Source: Octopus vulgaris
Lineage: Eukaryota
Assembly (NCBI GenBank): GCA_951406725.2
Contig: OX597824.1
Location: forward strand, 71,176,001 to 71,240,000
Reading direction: 5' to 3'
DNA length: 64,000 bases
In this document: in pieces, positions 1 through 13,852 of the stretch
How the letters are laid out: each line of letters starts with the position of its first letter
Position numbering within the stretch: the first letter of the stretch is position 1
Made by a program: the position numbers and the translations under genes
The notes under the pieces: generated by a model
Databases searched by the model: none
Seen by the model: only the letters and a program-made list of their open reading frames with translations
Told to the model about the DNA's origin: nothing

Positions 1-160
1 GTTGTTGCCTTCAAATGAATGAGTCATACAACATTCAGAACATAATATCCGAAGGCATTTCAACAGTCTAGAAACAGAGGTTGGCGTTAGCAGATAAGCG
101 GTTAGAATTAACATAACAATAAACCAAAAGCTTCTTTAAGAATGTTTTATGCATTAAATA

Positions 161-420
161 TACGAGGTGCGGTCAAAAACTACCCGACATTATTTTTTCC
201 CGCCGAAAGTAATGTGTGAGCAAAAAAATACTTTGGGTGGGGATGTCACCATTCTTGCGCATGCGTGAAAATTTTCGCGCGGGTAGTCCGCGTCCTTTCC
301 CAGCTGTTGCGCCTAGAGTACAGGCATGTAGTGCACGCTCGTCGGATTTTTGCTTTCACCGAACACATCGAGCAGAAATACTGCACCAAGTTTGGCAGAA
401 TCGTTAGGACACCGAAAAAA
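161..420 (+). mobile_element. Mariner-type DNA transposon 5' remnant
   Basis: TACGAGGTGCGGTCAAAAA resembles a mariner TIR after TA; IEQKYCTKF resembles the mariner transposase N-terminus EQRxxIKF. Confidence 0.55.
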
Positions 421-434
421 AAATCTTTTCAGTA

Positions 435-602
435 GGCGTAGGAGTGGCTGTGTAGTAAGTAGCTTGCTTATGAACAACATGGTTCAGGGTTCAGTCCCAC
501 TGTTTGGCACCTTGGACAAGTGTCTTCTACTGTAGCCTCGGGTCGACCAAAGCCTTGTGAGTAGATTTGGTAGACGGAAACTGAAAGAAGCCCGTCGTAT
601 AT

Positions 603-638
<36 letters not shown>

Positions 639-865
639 TGTGTCTGTCTGTGTGTCTGTGTTTGTTCCCGCAACATCGCTTGACAACCGATGCTGGTGTG
701 TTTACGTCCCCATAACTTTGCGGTTCGGCAAAAGAGTCCGATAGAATAATTACTAGACTTACAAAGAATAAGTCCTGGGGTCGATTTGCTCGACTAAAGG
801 CGGTGTTCCAGCATGGCCACAGTCAAATGACTGAAACAAGTAAAAGAGTAAAAGTGTAAAGAGAG
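435..865 (+). mobile_element. tRNA-derived SINE, family A (many copies in the window)
   Basis: GGCGTAGGAGTGGCTGTG..GGTTCAGTCCC head, internal (TG)n, GTAAAAGAG tail. Other copies at about 870-1180(-), 32790-33200(-), 35373-35535(+), 35665-36068(+), 42442-42888(+), 45935-46337(-), 49020-49390(+), 50857-51230(-), 55069-55672(+), 56141-56532(-), 63085-63300(+). Confidence 0.85.
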
Positions 866-980
866 TATTTGTTCCAACACTTTACGCCTTGAAGAATTTT
901 TAGCCGAATGAATTGAACGCAGTATTTTTTTTTAACTTAGTACTTATTTTATCGGTCTTTTTGCCGAACCGTTAAGTTAC

Positions 981-1029
<49 letters not shown>

Positions 1030-2432
1030 TATATATATTTATAAGCGACGGGGTTGTTTTTTCAGTTTCCGTCTACCAAATCCATTCACAAGGCATTATT
1101 GTTCGGTTCGAGGAAAACATTTTCCCAATGTACTACGCAGTAGGATTGAACCCACAGCCACGTGACTGGGAAGCATCACATAACTATTATGTTTGTTTTT
1201 ATCTTCTAGTCAGACGGGAAATGCAGTGCCCATGACCTTTTACGGGGCCTCAGAGATTGGTTGGAAGGAGTACGTTAACTGAAATAACGTAAGAGATTGT
1301 CTCTCTTATCAGCTCGCAGCTCCACCGTCCGGTCTCTGTGAATGGAGAGGAGATAACCTCTCCGAAATGCTTGCATTTCACAGTCTGGATAGGTAGTGCT
1401 GAGAGCTGATTTGGGTGTATTTACACCGTTTGTTTACAGTGATAAATTTTCTCCATGACAAAACACAGTGAACGTGCTATTAACGTATTCGAATTGGTAA
1501 TAACATTGCAATATCTTCTAAATATCTTCCCTTGAGGCATGATGCAGTGACCAAAACAGTCAGGAACAAAATAAGAAAAAGTTAACAATTTTGAAACCGA
1601 TGGAACAATAGAATATTTTGAATATTTTTGATGGAACTTAAAAATTAAAGCAACAACCAAGTTAAAAGACAACCGATCAGATATTGTTGTGTGAAACTAC
1701 GTAAAAAAAGATAGTCTACTGAGAAAATCAGCTGCCCTCTGGACACCAGTGTGGTAAAAAAAAAAAACCAAAGTCCATCCGCGTCCCCAAAGTCCATCCC
1801 CTCCTCACCGTGGTGGGGTCGCTGGCAACGGGTAGTGTTAGAGCTATGCCGTCGGGAACTTCGGTTCCTAGCAGGGCCACCCAAGGCGGATTGGTCTGAC
1901 ACCGAGTGGCATTAGGGCCACAACGCTGCAGACGGGGCTCTGGTGAAAATCCTCGGAGTGACTGTTTCGGCAACCGGCGGCTCCTCGGTCGTTCTGTCCC
2001 TGCGTCTGCGGACAATCTGCGGCAAACAGGATGTCTCTACATGCGGGATTGTTGGGGATCGCTTGTGAAATTCATATTCGCACGAAACTTCTTCCACTGC
2101 CATGGTTCGAGATGCCTTGAGGGTGGTGGAAGAAGCCGACTCAATCCGCCCAGGGTGAATGTCGCCACAAGTACAAGTAAATACAAGAGAAAGAAAACAT
2201 TCAAGGGCCTTTGATAAGTGTATCTGGGAGATACACTTTTAGTTTCATACCTATTATTATTGGAAGATCAGGTTACATACCAACCCACCTGGGGCAAAGA
2301 ACAGCTGAACTCAGGTCATGGAGAAGATAATGCAACTCCTTTATTCATGCGTTACAAACGATCACGATGCCTGGGACAAAAAATTTCAGATTTAAACAAT
2401 AATAAAACAAGACGCTTTCTTTCACAACCATG

Positions 2433-2945
<513 letters not shown>

Positions 2946-2964
2946 AAATACTCTCCTACTTAAA

Positions 2965-3045
<81 letters not shown>

Positions 3046-3463
3046 CACACATACACATATATATGCATGTGAAGGCGCGTGTTTTAGTGATTAGGGTTCT
3101 CGACTCAAGTTTATAAGGTCGTGAGTTCGATTCCAAATGGTACATTATGTCCTTGACCAAGACACTTAATTTCGCATTGCCACAGTCCACCCAGCGGACA
3201 AAAATGAGTTGTACGTGTAATTCAAACGGCCAGCCTTGTCGCATTCTGTCACGTTGAATCTCCCTGAGAACTACTGTAAGGATGCATGTGTCCGTTGAGC
3301 GCTCAGTCACTTACACGTTAATTTCACGAGTAGACTGTTCCGTTGATCGGATCAACTAGAATACTCGTCATCGTAACCGACGGAGTGCCAGTTATATGTA
3401 TGCATGTATGTATGTGTGAGGATATACATACATATATAGATAGATAGATAGACAGACAGATAG

Positions 3464-3541
<78 letters not shown>

Positions 3542-4122
3542 TAAATTTACTTGGAAAAGGAATTTTATTTAATTTGCTTTGCGGGAAGGACTGTTTCAAC
3601 GAACTCGCGTCTTGTCCTTACCTTCGTAACGCGGAGTAGATGAAACAGGGACAGCAGAAGAAGGGGAATATTCCTTGTGTTGTATGTCTTGTTTCTCTGA
3701 GGGTTTTTTTATTTCGTTGTTTGAAAAAAAGTTCGTTTCTATGTTTTTGTTTTTATGTTTTCGTTTCTCATTGTGTTCAACGTTTTTTTTTATGTCCTGT
3801 ACCCATATATGCATATATACATATATATGTAGGTATGTACATTTATGTATGTATATATGCATATATTATTTATATTAGGTTTTATTTTATATATATATAT
3901 ATATACACACACACTCATACAACCACACCCACACATTTGTACATAGTTATATACACAAAGTGTCTTGCAACTGGCTTTAGTCAAGACAAGTATGCCTTAT
4001 CGCTTTGTTTAGCGACCGACTTCTGTTAGGTTGCAAAGAACCAAAATAAATTTCAAGAAAACTTACACAATAATTCTTCTCCCCACTTTCTTCTTTCTCT
4101 CTCTTTTCCCCCATTTCGCCTT

Positions 4123-4185
<63 letters not shown>

Positions 4186-4514
4186 CATAGTTCTCTGAAT
4201 TTTTTTGCCTCTGTCCTTTCCCTCTCTTGATGTTTCTCTATTTTCCTCATATTTTTTTTGCTTCTGAGTTATCTCTCACATACCAGTTCTACCGCCTTTC
4301 TCTCTCTTTCCCTCCCTCTGTCTCTCACTCTTCCCCTCCCATTCTCTCTTTTCCTCTCCTTCTTTCTTTCCCCTTCTCTCCCTGTGTGCTTCTCTCCCTC
4401 TGTTTCCTCTTTCTCTTTCTTCCTCTTTCTCTTTCTTCCTCTTTCATTCTTCCACTTTTCTCCCATCTCTTTCTTTCGCCCCTCTCTCTCCTCTAAACAG
4501 TATTTAGTTACGCC

Positions 4515-4775
4515 CTTTTGTGGCTTAGTGGTTAGAGTGTTGGACTCATAATCGTAAGATTGTGATTTCGATTCCTGGGCCGGGTAATATGTTGTGTTGT
4601 GTTGTGCTCTTGAGCAAAACACTTCATTTCACGTTGCTTCAATCCACTCAGCTGGCAAAATGAGTATTCATACGACGGACTGGCGTCCCGTCCGGGAGGG
4701 TGTGTATACGCCAGTCCGTCTAGGAAACCGATTCTATGAGTCCATATGACTCGAGAAGGAGTTTTATCCCTTTAC
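4515..4775 (+). mobile_element. tRNA-derived SINE, family C
   Basis: TGGCTTAGTGGTTAG (A box) ... GATTTCGATTCC (B box) ... CTTGAGCAAAACACTT core. Relatives at about 3072-3390, 8670-8930, 17420-17735(-), 17905-18305(-), 31800-32075(-), 34660-34905(-). Confidence 0.75.
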
Positions 4776-5373
4776 TGTGCAGTTATGTTCCGGAATTGTT
4801 TATTCTGCATGTCCTACTTTAAGGCGATGGGGGTGTGATTTGAGAGAAATTTAGCCGCTATTTCTAGCAAGTTGAGCGGCTACGTAGAGACTCCATCTTC
4901 CTGTTGCTGTACGCCACTTTTCCCCATTTTCCGTCCATCTCCCTCTCTTGCTTTGTTTCTCTTCCTCCTCCCGTCTTTCTATTACATCTCTCTCTCCCTC
5001 TCACCCTCCTTCTCTCCATCTCTCTCTCTCTCCCTTCCCTCCCTCCTTCTCTCTATCTCTTTCGTTCACACTTCCACCACCGTATCAGTCTCTGTCTGTC
5101 CACCTCTTGGCGTAGATAGAAATAATTGCTTACTAGTTAAAATATAGCCTGGTTTGATGCAAATAATAACAAGCTTGGACGACGGTTTTAACAGAAATAC
5201 TCTGTAACATAACTATCTCTAGAATTTCTAGTATGTCAGCAATGTTAGCAGTAAGTCAAGGCTATTATTTGTATGTTTTTGTTTAGATGAGAGAAAAATC
5301 TTGCCTTTATTATTTGTTCTAATGCAAGAACGCGATGGAGATTGTCCAGAATTGATAGATAGATAGATAGATT

Positions 5374-5440
<67 letters not shown>

Positions 5441-5508
5441 GGATGGATGGATGGATGGATGGATGGATGGATGGATGGATGGATAGACAGACAGACAGAC
5501 AGACAGAC

Positions 5509-5560
<52 letters not shown>

Positions 5561-5580
5561 GATGGATAGATGGATAGATG

Positions 5581-5649
<69 letters not shown>

Positions 5650-6790
5650 GTTTCTTTATTGGCCACACAGGGCTGCACACAGATGGGACAAGTTACAAGG
5701 TAGAGCTTTTCTTTTGGGGGATGAAGAGAACAAAAAACAAAAGAAAATAAAGGGGTGGCGTAGGTTTTCGATCAAGAGGGATCGTAAAAGGAAGAAAAGA
5801 ACAAAAACAAAAAAAAAATTGAATAAAATAAAAAGAATAAAAAGAAAAAAAAAGGAAAGGAAAAGGAACAAAAGGAAAGAGAAATGAAAAAAGAAGAAAA
5901 AAGGGGAAAAAAAGGGAAGAGGAAAAAAAGAACGATCAATAGGGATCGTGTATCACAGTGTTATGATATATGGTGTAAAGGGGAAAGCAAGTAAGGTTTA
6001 TCCGTGGGAAGAAAAGCCTACGAAAAAGACCACGGTAACCTTGGTCAATATTGTTATATGTTACCACATTTGTTTGCAAGTGGGTAACCCTCTGTTTTCA
6101 ATTTCTGGGTTCATAGGATTACGTCATTCATACGTGCCATCCTTGCTACATTCACCCATCTTTTTTTAAAACATTCGCTAGACAAAACTTGCCTCTCTAC
6201 TCTCACTTTCCTTTTCAAGTGGTACTTGAAGAAGTTGATGAGAGATTGACCAGAGAGGAAAGTGTTTGTCTCCAATCCTTTCAGACGCGTCCACCAGATA
6301 CATTCTTTCGCCATAGCCACAAGGATGATGAAAATAGCTCTTCCTTCCCGTTTGAAGGAAGGAGGCGTGACAATATTGACGATAGACTCAGCTGATAAAC
6401 CGACTCGTCCCACACGTGACAGCAGTTGTTCGACATAAGCCCACAGGTCGGAAATTGTTGGACACTGCACGAGTGCGTGCAGAGCGGTTTCGTCGCTCTG
6501 ACACATCTCGGGCAGGTCGGCCCCGTGTTTCTCGAGCCGTGTCTGTAGAGCTTATCCCGAACGGGTAGCGCTTCTCGGTAGCACTGCCAGGCCAGGGATC
6601 TCTGGAAGTTGTCCATGGGCCCTGGCCCGAAAGTCGTCCTGAACAGGCGGGTCAGGTACTCCTCGTCGACGTCCAGGTTCGCCCCGAGCTCGTCGTCGTA
6701 CCTCCCCTCCACTAATCCCCTATAGAATGCTTTGGTTGTGTTGAAGTCACTCAAGGTCGACCCGGGACGGCAGAGTTGCTTGAGAGCAAG
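5650..6790 (-). mobile_element. 3' fragment of a Tx1/L1-type LINE (zf-RVT region and 3' UTR), set in (GATA)n
   Basis: Frameshifted ORF pieces WQCYREALPVRDKL...CPRC and ETALHALVQCP...LW. Related tails at about 46845-47140 (+) and 50140-50390 (-). Confidence 0.8.
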
Positions 6791-6804
6791 ATAGATAGAT
6801 GATG

Positions 6805-6891
<87 letters not shown>

Positions 6892-6907
6892 GGATGATGG
6901 ATAGATG

Positions 6908-6993
<86 letters not shown>

Positions 6994-7802
6994 AATACAC
7001 AGGTATATCAAATACCACACAACATAAATTCTTGATTCATTAAAATTTTCTCCGCCTCTAGAGAAGCATCATAATTACCAAATAACAGTTGTGAACAGTT
7101 TCATATAAGAACGGCAGATAATGTCAAGAATCAAGAATTTTCCTAAGTTGATATGCCATTAAAGAAAAGGACAGGCATACTGTCTCTGTCTGGAGATAAG
7201 AGAACAGCTGTGGACACATGTCTTTTGCCTGAATAAGTGTCAACACAACGAACGTGATAACTTATTCCCAGTAGCCAATGGAATACACTAACTGCTTAGG
7301 AAGATGCCATAAATTAAACAAACGGAACGAACTGAGAGAAATAATTCAGTGGCCAGTGGCATGTATTTTTTTAACTTTTCATCTTTTATGCCTCAGTCAT
7401 TAGACTGCGGCCGTTCTGGGGTACGGCATTGAAGGATTTTTTTTTTTGTCGAATGAATCGACTCCATTAGGTATTTTTTTTTAAACCAGTGAAACACTGG
7501 GGTCGATGTGATCGACTATCTCCCTCTCCCGAAAATTTCAGGCCTTGTGCCTTTAATAGAAAATATTATTAAGGTGGCGAGCTTGCAGCATCGTTAGCAC
7601 GCCAAGCAAAATGCATAGCGGTATTTCGTCCATCTTTACGTTCTGAGTTCAAATTCCGCCGAAGTCGTCTTTGCCTTTCATCCTTTCGTGGTCGATAAAT
7701 TAAGTACTGGTGAAGCACTGGGGTCGATGTAATCAACTAGTCCCCCTCACTCAAATTTCAGGCCTTGTGCCTTTAATAGAAAGAATAATAATAATAATAA
7801 TA

Positions 7803-7865
<63 letters not shown>

Positions 7866-7868
<3 letters not shown>

Positions 7869-8577
7869 TAGTTTTATTTTTATAGCGTGCTTTCACTTCA
7901 CTACCGAGCGCAGCTCTGTGTGCCTTGGGTATGTGCTGTGATTTGTTGTGATGCTCTGATGGTTATTGTATGGAAAGTGTTCTGCGTAGGATGTGTGCAG
8001 TGCCTAGTAGTGCAATTTTCTGTATGTTATATGTGTTTGTAAGTCCTGGTGTTTTTGTTATGTATTTGTCTGAATATTTTTTTATCATGCCTAATGCACC
8101 TACTATGATAGGAATTGTTTCTGTTTTCAGATTCCACATTCTAGTTACCTCTATTTCCAGGTCTTTGTATTTTGAGAGTTTCTCCATTTCTTTTAGAGAC
8201 ACGTTGTCATCAGCCGGTATTGATACATCAATTAGAAAGCATTTTTTTCTTCATGATCTCTGACAACTATATCTGGTCTGTTGGCCTTAATTTCTCTATC
8301 TGTGTGTATCGGCATATCCCAGAGTATGGTTGCTTTCTCGTTTTCTGTGACCTTTTCTGGTGTGTGTCTATACCATCTTTTTTCTGTTGTTATTCCATAA
8401 TGTTGGCATAGCTTCCAATGTATGTAGGTTCCAACTCTGTCATGTCTGTGAATATATTCCTTCTTAGCCAGGACTGGGCAGCTAGAGATAATATGATTTA
8501 TTGTTTCTTGTCCATCTCCACATATTCTGCAGTTACTTGTAATATTTCTTTTCATTACATGTTTTTGGTAATTTCTG
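7866..8577 (-). mobile_element. 5'-truncated R4/Dong-type (restriction-like endonuclease) LINE inserted in (TAA)n
   Basis: CRIC...ETINHIISSC...YIHRHD zinc knuckle, ILWD..IHTD....NRPDIVV, EKLSKYKDL, IPIIVGALG. (TTA)n on both flanks. Confidence 0.88.
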
Positions 8578-8593
8578 ATTATTATTATTATTA

Positions 8594-8661
<68 letters not shown>

Positions 8662-9427
8662 AATACATTCACAATCGTGAGGTCGTGGTTTCAATTCCTA
8701 GTCCGGGTGGTGAGGTGTGTTTTTGAACAAAACACTTCATCTCACGTTGCTCTGCGATCACATCGACACCTGATGCGAGGTACACTGTGCACCTGTTGAA
8801 GCAACGTCGAATTGGTGGCGAGAGTGAGCTAATGTGCGCCACACACATTTAATCACTGTAAACAAACCATTTGTGTAGGTCGTTCGGCAAAAGTTGAACG
8901 CTCATACATCGTCTTCGACGAGAGAGTCCATCATTATTATTGTTGTTGTTGTTGTTGTTATTATTACATTTGTTTTTTGAGTTGAATGAAAAACTTCGAG
9001 CGGGTTCTGCGGAGAAACTGGATTTACCACGCATTTATTCTAAGAGAAAAAGAAAATTCATTTGGATAGTCTTCCCCCGTGGGAAACTTTCGACTTTTCA
9101 ATGTCGCCTTCAGCCTACTTTCTAGTGGAAAAAAAATAGCATTTGGCTTCGGTATTTTACGTTTCATGTTTAATAATAATTTCTCTCAATTCAATTTTCA
9201 ACATGGCTCCGTGATGTTGAAAGGAGCGAAAAGAGCTGTTCGTCATACAATGCTTGTAGTACAAAAATAAACAGATACGCCCCTCAGATACAAACAGATA
9301 TAAAACATATTAACACAGATTTAACAAAAAAAAAATGAGGCAGAAAAGAAAAATAAGAAAATCAATCCAATACCGAACAAAAATAGAAATAAATCATTTT
9401 AACAGTGTTTCTTGAAGTGGATACAAC

Positions 9428-9457
<30 letters not shown>

Positions 9458-9459
<2 letters not shown>

Positions 9460-10091
9460 AGCAGTATCGCCCGGCGTTGCTCGGGTTTGTAAGGGAAATA
9501 ACTATATAAGCATTTTTAGAGAGTTATAGCCAAAAAATAGCAAAAAATGCATTAAAAATGGAAAAAATATGATGGTAAATTTTTTTTTAAATCGTTGACT
9601 CATCGTAGACATTTTTAGAGAGTTACTTCCCTTATATAATAGCGAAAAAATGCATTAAAATGGAAAAAAAACGATGGTAAATTTGTTTTTAAATCGTAGA
9701 CTCATGTAGACGCTTTCTTAGCCATTTCTGTTTTGGTGTCTTCAAGCCATGAAGTCGTTCTAAAAGAACGCTGGTCTCCTTGACAACGCATTACGACGTT
9801 GATTTCCTTACACTCCCTTCCCCACAGGTGCAGGTGTGAGCGTGGACGCCAACTCCGCCGCCATCGACACACGAAAAATTATGCATTAAAATGGAATAAA
9901 AAATGATGTTAAATTATTTTTAAAATCGTAGACTCATCGTAGACGCGCGCTAATATTCAGATGGGCTCGATATGAATCACGACTATAAGCTACCCGAATT
10001 TGGTTAAACTGCACCGCAAAATGTGGGAGTAGTTAGGAATCTAAATCGAAGGGGACAGACACTCACACAACTACAGTTTTATATATATAGA
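9458..10091 (-). mobile_element. Non-autonomous Helitron, copy 1
   Basis: The minus strand starts A|TCTATATAT and ends CCCGAGCAACGCCGGG (hairpin) CGATACTG CTAG|T, giving the 5'-TC, 3' hairpin-CTAG and AT target hallmarks. Confidence 0.8.
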
Positions 10092-10149
10092 TATACATAG
10101 CGCAGTAGTGGTGAGATGTGACAGCAAAGAAAAGCATACATTCACTCTC

Positions 10150-10705
10150 TGCATGCAATTAGACTCGGAAAGTTCGTGAGGAACCCATTGACCCAATTTG
10201 CTGACTTTTCCGATAGCACACAGGTCTCAATGAATGGTTGAATGACCAAATCCAAGCTTCTCTGCTAGTTCCTCAACAGTTACGATGAGATTTTGTTCCA
10301 CCAGGGTTTTCAGGATGTCCTTGTCGAGTTCTACAGATCTTTCAGGATGAGGCTCGTCTTCTAGGCTGTAGTTTATGGCTCGGAATTTCTGGAACCACCA
10401 TTGACACTGCCTTACGCTTATTGTCCAATCCCCATATACTGCATTAATATTTCTTGTACTTTCCGTTGCGTTGTTGTCTTTATTGAACTCATAAAGCAAA
10501 ATATGCCAAATATGCTCCTTTGTTACTTCCAACATAGCTTTGAAAAAAATAGCTGTTAAAATCGAAATGCACTCTTCAAAACTTGCACTATGAATAAGGA
10601 CAAGATAAAATTACTACCTGATTTTATAGCAAGTTAATATAAGTAGTTTATCCCATTCCCCTCTGACTTTTAGTTCAAGCTGTTGAAAAAACCGCATTAT
10701 TATAT
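10150..10705 (-). mobile_element. Mariner (Mos1-like) transposase 5' fragment; partial duplicate at about 12040-12350
   Basis: KEHIWHILLYEF...NATES.RNIN.VYG...WFQKFR...SLEDEP...ELAEKL, followed by KLGQWVPHEL. Confidence 0.85.
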
Positions 10706-11345
10706 ATATATACATACATACATACATACATATACACACACACTCTCTCTCTCACACACATGCACACATTTATATTCTGTTATTCTTTTATATGTTTCAG
10801 CCTTGAGGTTGTGGCCATGCTGGATCATGTGTGTGTGTGTGTGTGTGTGTGTCTATCTGTCTGTCTGTCTGTATGTATATATGTATATGTATGTGTGTGA
10901 ATAATAATATTTTCAACAGATGTGTTGCAAATGTATCTGATTGTTCTCAAGCTTCAAATTTACTCTCTTCCAAGAACATTTTCACTCACTCTTATTTGTT
11001 AGCTTCCCATACATTTTACTCATGTATCTATCAGCGTTCATGGACAGTAACAAATATTACATCTAGTTTCATTTTATTCGTTGCCCACTGTGTGTGTGCG
11101 TTTGCGTGTGCTGTAAACCAGACTAAGAAAAGCATTTGACACACACACCAGAATGTGAGTTTTCTGTAAATTTTGCTTAATTGGAGTTTAAATTTTAAAA
11201 ACTGGAGCTGGCATGACGCGATGCATTGTACTCTTAAAATTGCTAGGTAAATTGTAATTGAAGAAATCCTATATTGTAGATTTGTATAACTCCCAAAGGG
11301 AGGCAGATAAAATCTGCCTTTTATAATAAGAGATATATATATATA

Positions 11346-11981
11346 CTAGCAGTATCGCCCGGCGTTGCTCGGGTTTGTAAGGGAAATAACTATATAAGCA
11401 TTTTTAGAGAGTTATAGCCAAAAAATAGCAAAAAATGCATTAAAAATGGAAAAAATATGATGGTAAATTTTTTTTAAATCGTTGACTCATCGTAGACATT
11501 TTTAGAGAGTTACTTCCCTTATATAATAGCGAAAAAATGCATTAAAATGGAAAAAAAACGATGGTAAATTTTTTTTTAAATCGTAGACTCATGTAGACGC
11601 TTTCTTAGCCATTTCTGTTTTGGTGTCTTCAAGCCATGAAGTCGTTGTTCTAAAAGAACACTGGTCTCCTTGACAACGCATTACGACGTTGATTTCCTTA
11701 CACTCCCTTCCCCACAGGTGCAGGTGTGAGCGTGGACGCCAACTCCGCCGCCATCGACACACGAAAAATTATGCATTAAAATGGAATAAAAAATGATGTT
11801 AAATTATTTTTAAAATCGTAGACTCATCGTAGACGCGCGCTAATATTCAGACGGGCTCGATATGAATCACGACTATAAGCTACCCGAATTTGGCTAAACT
11901 GCACCGCAAAATGTGGGAGTAGTTAGGAATCTAAATCGAAGGGGACAGACACTCACACAACTACAGTTTTATATATATAGA
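11346..11981 (-). mobile_element. Non-autonomous Helitron, copy 2
   Basis: Near-identical to 9458-10091 with the same termini. Confidence 0.8.
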
Positions 11982-13170
11982 TATACATAGCGCAGTAGTG
12001 GTGAGATGTGACAGCAAAGAAAAGCATACATTCACTCTCTGCATGCAATTAGACTCGGAAAGTTTGTGAGGAACCCATTGACCCAATTTGCTGACTTTTC
12101 CGATAGCACACAGGTCTCAATGAATGGTTGAATGACCAAATCCAAGCTTCTCTGCTAGTTCCTCAACAGTTACGATGAGATTTTGTTCCACCAGGGTTTT
12201 CAGGATGTCCTTGTCGAGTTCTACAGATCTTTCAGGATGAGGCTCGTCTTCTAGGCTGTAGTTTATGGCTCGGGATTTCTGGAACCACCATTGACACTGC
12301 CTTACGCTTATTGTCCAATCCCCATATACTGCATTAATATTTCTTGTACTTTGCACACATTTATATTCTGTTATTCTTTTATATGTTTCAGCCTTGAGGT
12401 TGTGGCCATGCTGGATCATGTGTGTGTGTGTGTGTCTATCTGTCTGTCTGTCTGTATGTATATATGTATATGTATGTGTGTGAACAATAATATTTTCAAC
12501 AGATGTGTTGCAAATGTATCTGATTGTTCTCAAGCTTCAATACTGTGTGTGTGTGTATGTGTGTGTGTGTATGTATGTATGTATATGTATGTATGTATGT
12601 ATATATGTATGTATGTATGTATGTGTGTATGTATGTATGTGTGTGTGTATGTATGTGTGTGTGTATGTGTGTGTGTATGTATGTATGTATGTATGTATGT
12701 ATGTATGTATGTATGTATGTATGTATGTATGTATGTATGTATGTATGAGTGTATGTTTACTTTATTACTAATTACTCTCTTCCAAGAACATTTTCACTCA
12801 CTCTTAGCTCTTAGCTTCCCATACATTTTACTCATGTATCTATCAGCGGCATAGACAGAATACTTTCACTTTAGTCTTCCTCAAATCACTCTGTCGGTAT
12901 TTACTTTCATTTTATTCGTTGCCCACTGTGTGTGTGCGTTTGCGTGTGGTGTAAACCAGACTAAGAAAAGCATTTGACACACACACCAGAATGTGAGTTT
13001 TCTGTAAATTTTGCTTAATTGGAGTTTAAATTTTAAAAACTGGACCTGGCATGACGCGATGCATTGTACTCTCAAAAATGCTAGGTAAATTGTAATTGAA
13101 GAAATCCTATATTGTAGATTTCTATAACTCCCAAAGGGAGGCAGATAAAATCTGCCTTTTATAATAAGAG

Positions 13171-13206
<36 letters not shown>

Positions 13207-13852
13207 GTGTGTGTGTGTACACAGATACAAAACATATCACCACAGTTTTTTTAAGCAAACAACAGAAGAAAACATTACCGAACAAGCATTTTTAGAAAAC
13301 ATTACAAAATTTAAAAAAGTATTCTATCTGGTAAAAATAATAATGAAATGCATCATTTAACGGTGAATTTTTAAATTGAAAATATCTATAAATAATTGTG
13401 TTAAAAACCTAAAAACCTTTGGATGAAAAGATGACCAAAGGCTATCGGCAGGACAGCTGTATCCACTTCGAGCTACATTGTTAAAATGATTTATTTGTTC
13501 ATTTCCCGAAGTGTCTACATTTTTAGATGTAAACAATAATACGAGTTTTTCTATTTATACTTAAGTCGGTTCGCAGTTATGGGTGAAATGTGTTACAAGG
13601 GACAATGCCTCTTTGCCAGAGAGGAGCAAGAGAGAAGGAACGTATATATACTTCTGTATTATTAAAAATAAAGAAGATTTTCATATATCCTCAAAAGAAC
13701 AGTTTCAGTAAGCCCTAACCTAAGTGTGGAAAGATGTGGTTTCCATTAGCCAGAGAAAGGTATGCCGCGGGGCTTACCTGGTTTTTCAACACTGTGGACG
13801 GGCTGAGGTGATAGGCTGGTTTAGATCGCCACGCACACTGACGTTTCATTTA

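Larger units (their letters stand above)
9458..13171. repeat. Tandem duplication of a ~1.85-kb composite unit (9458-11333 and 11346-13171)
   Basis: The order Helitron, mariner fragment, SINE tail/microsatellite, second Helitron-like end is the same in both copies. Copy 2 lacks about 300 bp and has an extra microsatellite block. Confidence 0.9.

Noticed and set aside
1336-1383. Three-way junction CTGTGA / GGAGAGG-CCTCTCC / GAAATGCTTGCATT / TCACAG
   Set aside because: Hammerhead-like helices, but the CUGANGA core is absent; at most a deleted relic.
1790-2215. GC-rich segment with several short ORFs
   Set aside because: No recognisable motif or splice structure; probably retroelement debris that I cannot classify.
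3583-3626. Minus-strand GAAG GTAAGGA...GAAAC A GTC CTTC
   Set aside because: The core deviates at several invariant positions and stem II is poor; too degenerate to call.
4515-4590. tRNA-like A/B boxes at SINE heads
   Set aside because: They continue into SINE bodies and do not fold into complete cloverleafs; not tRNA genes.
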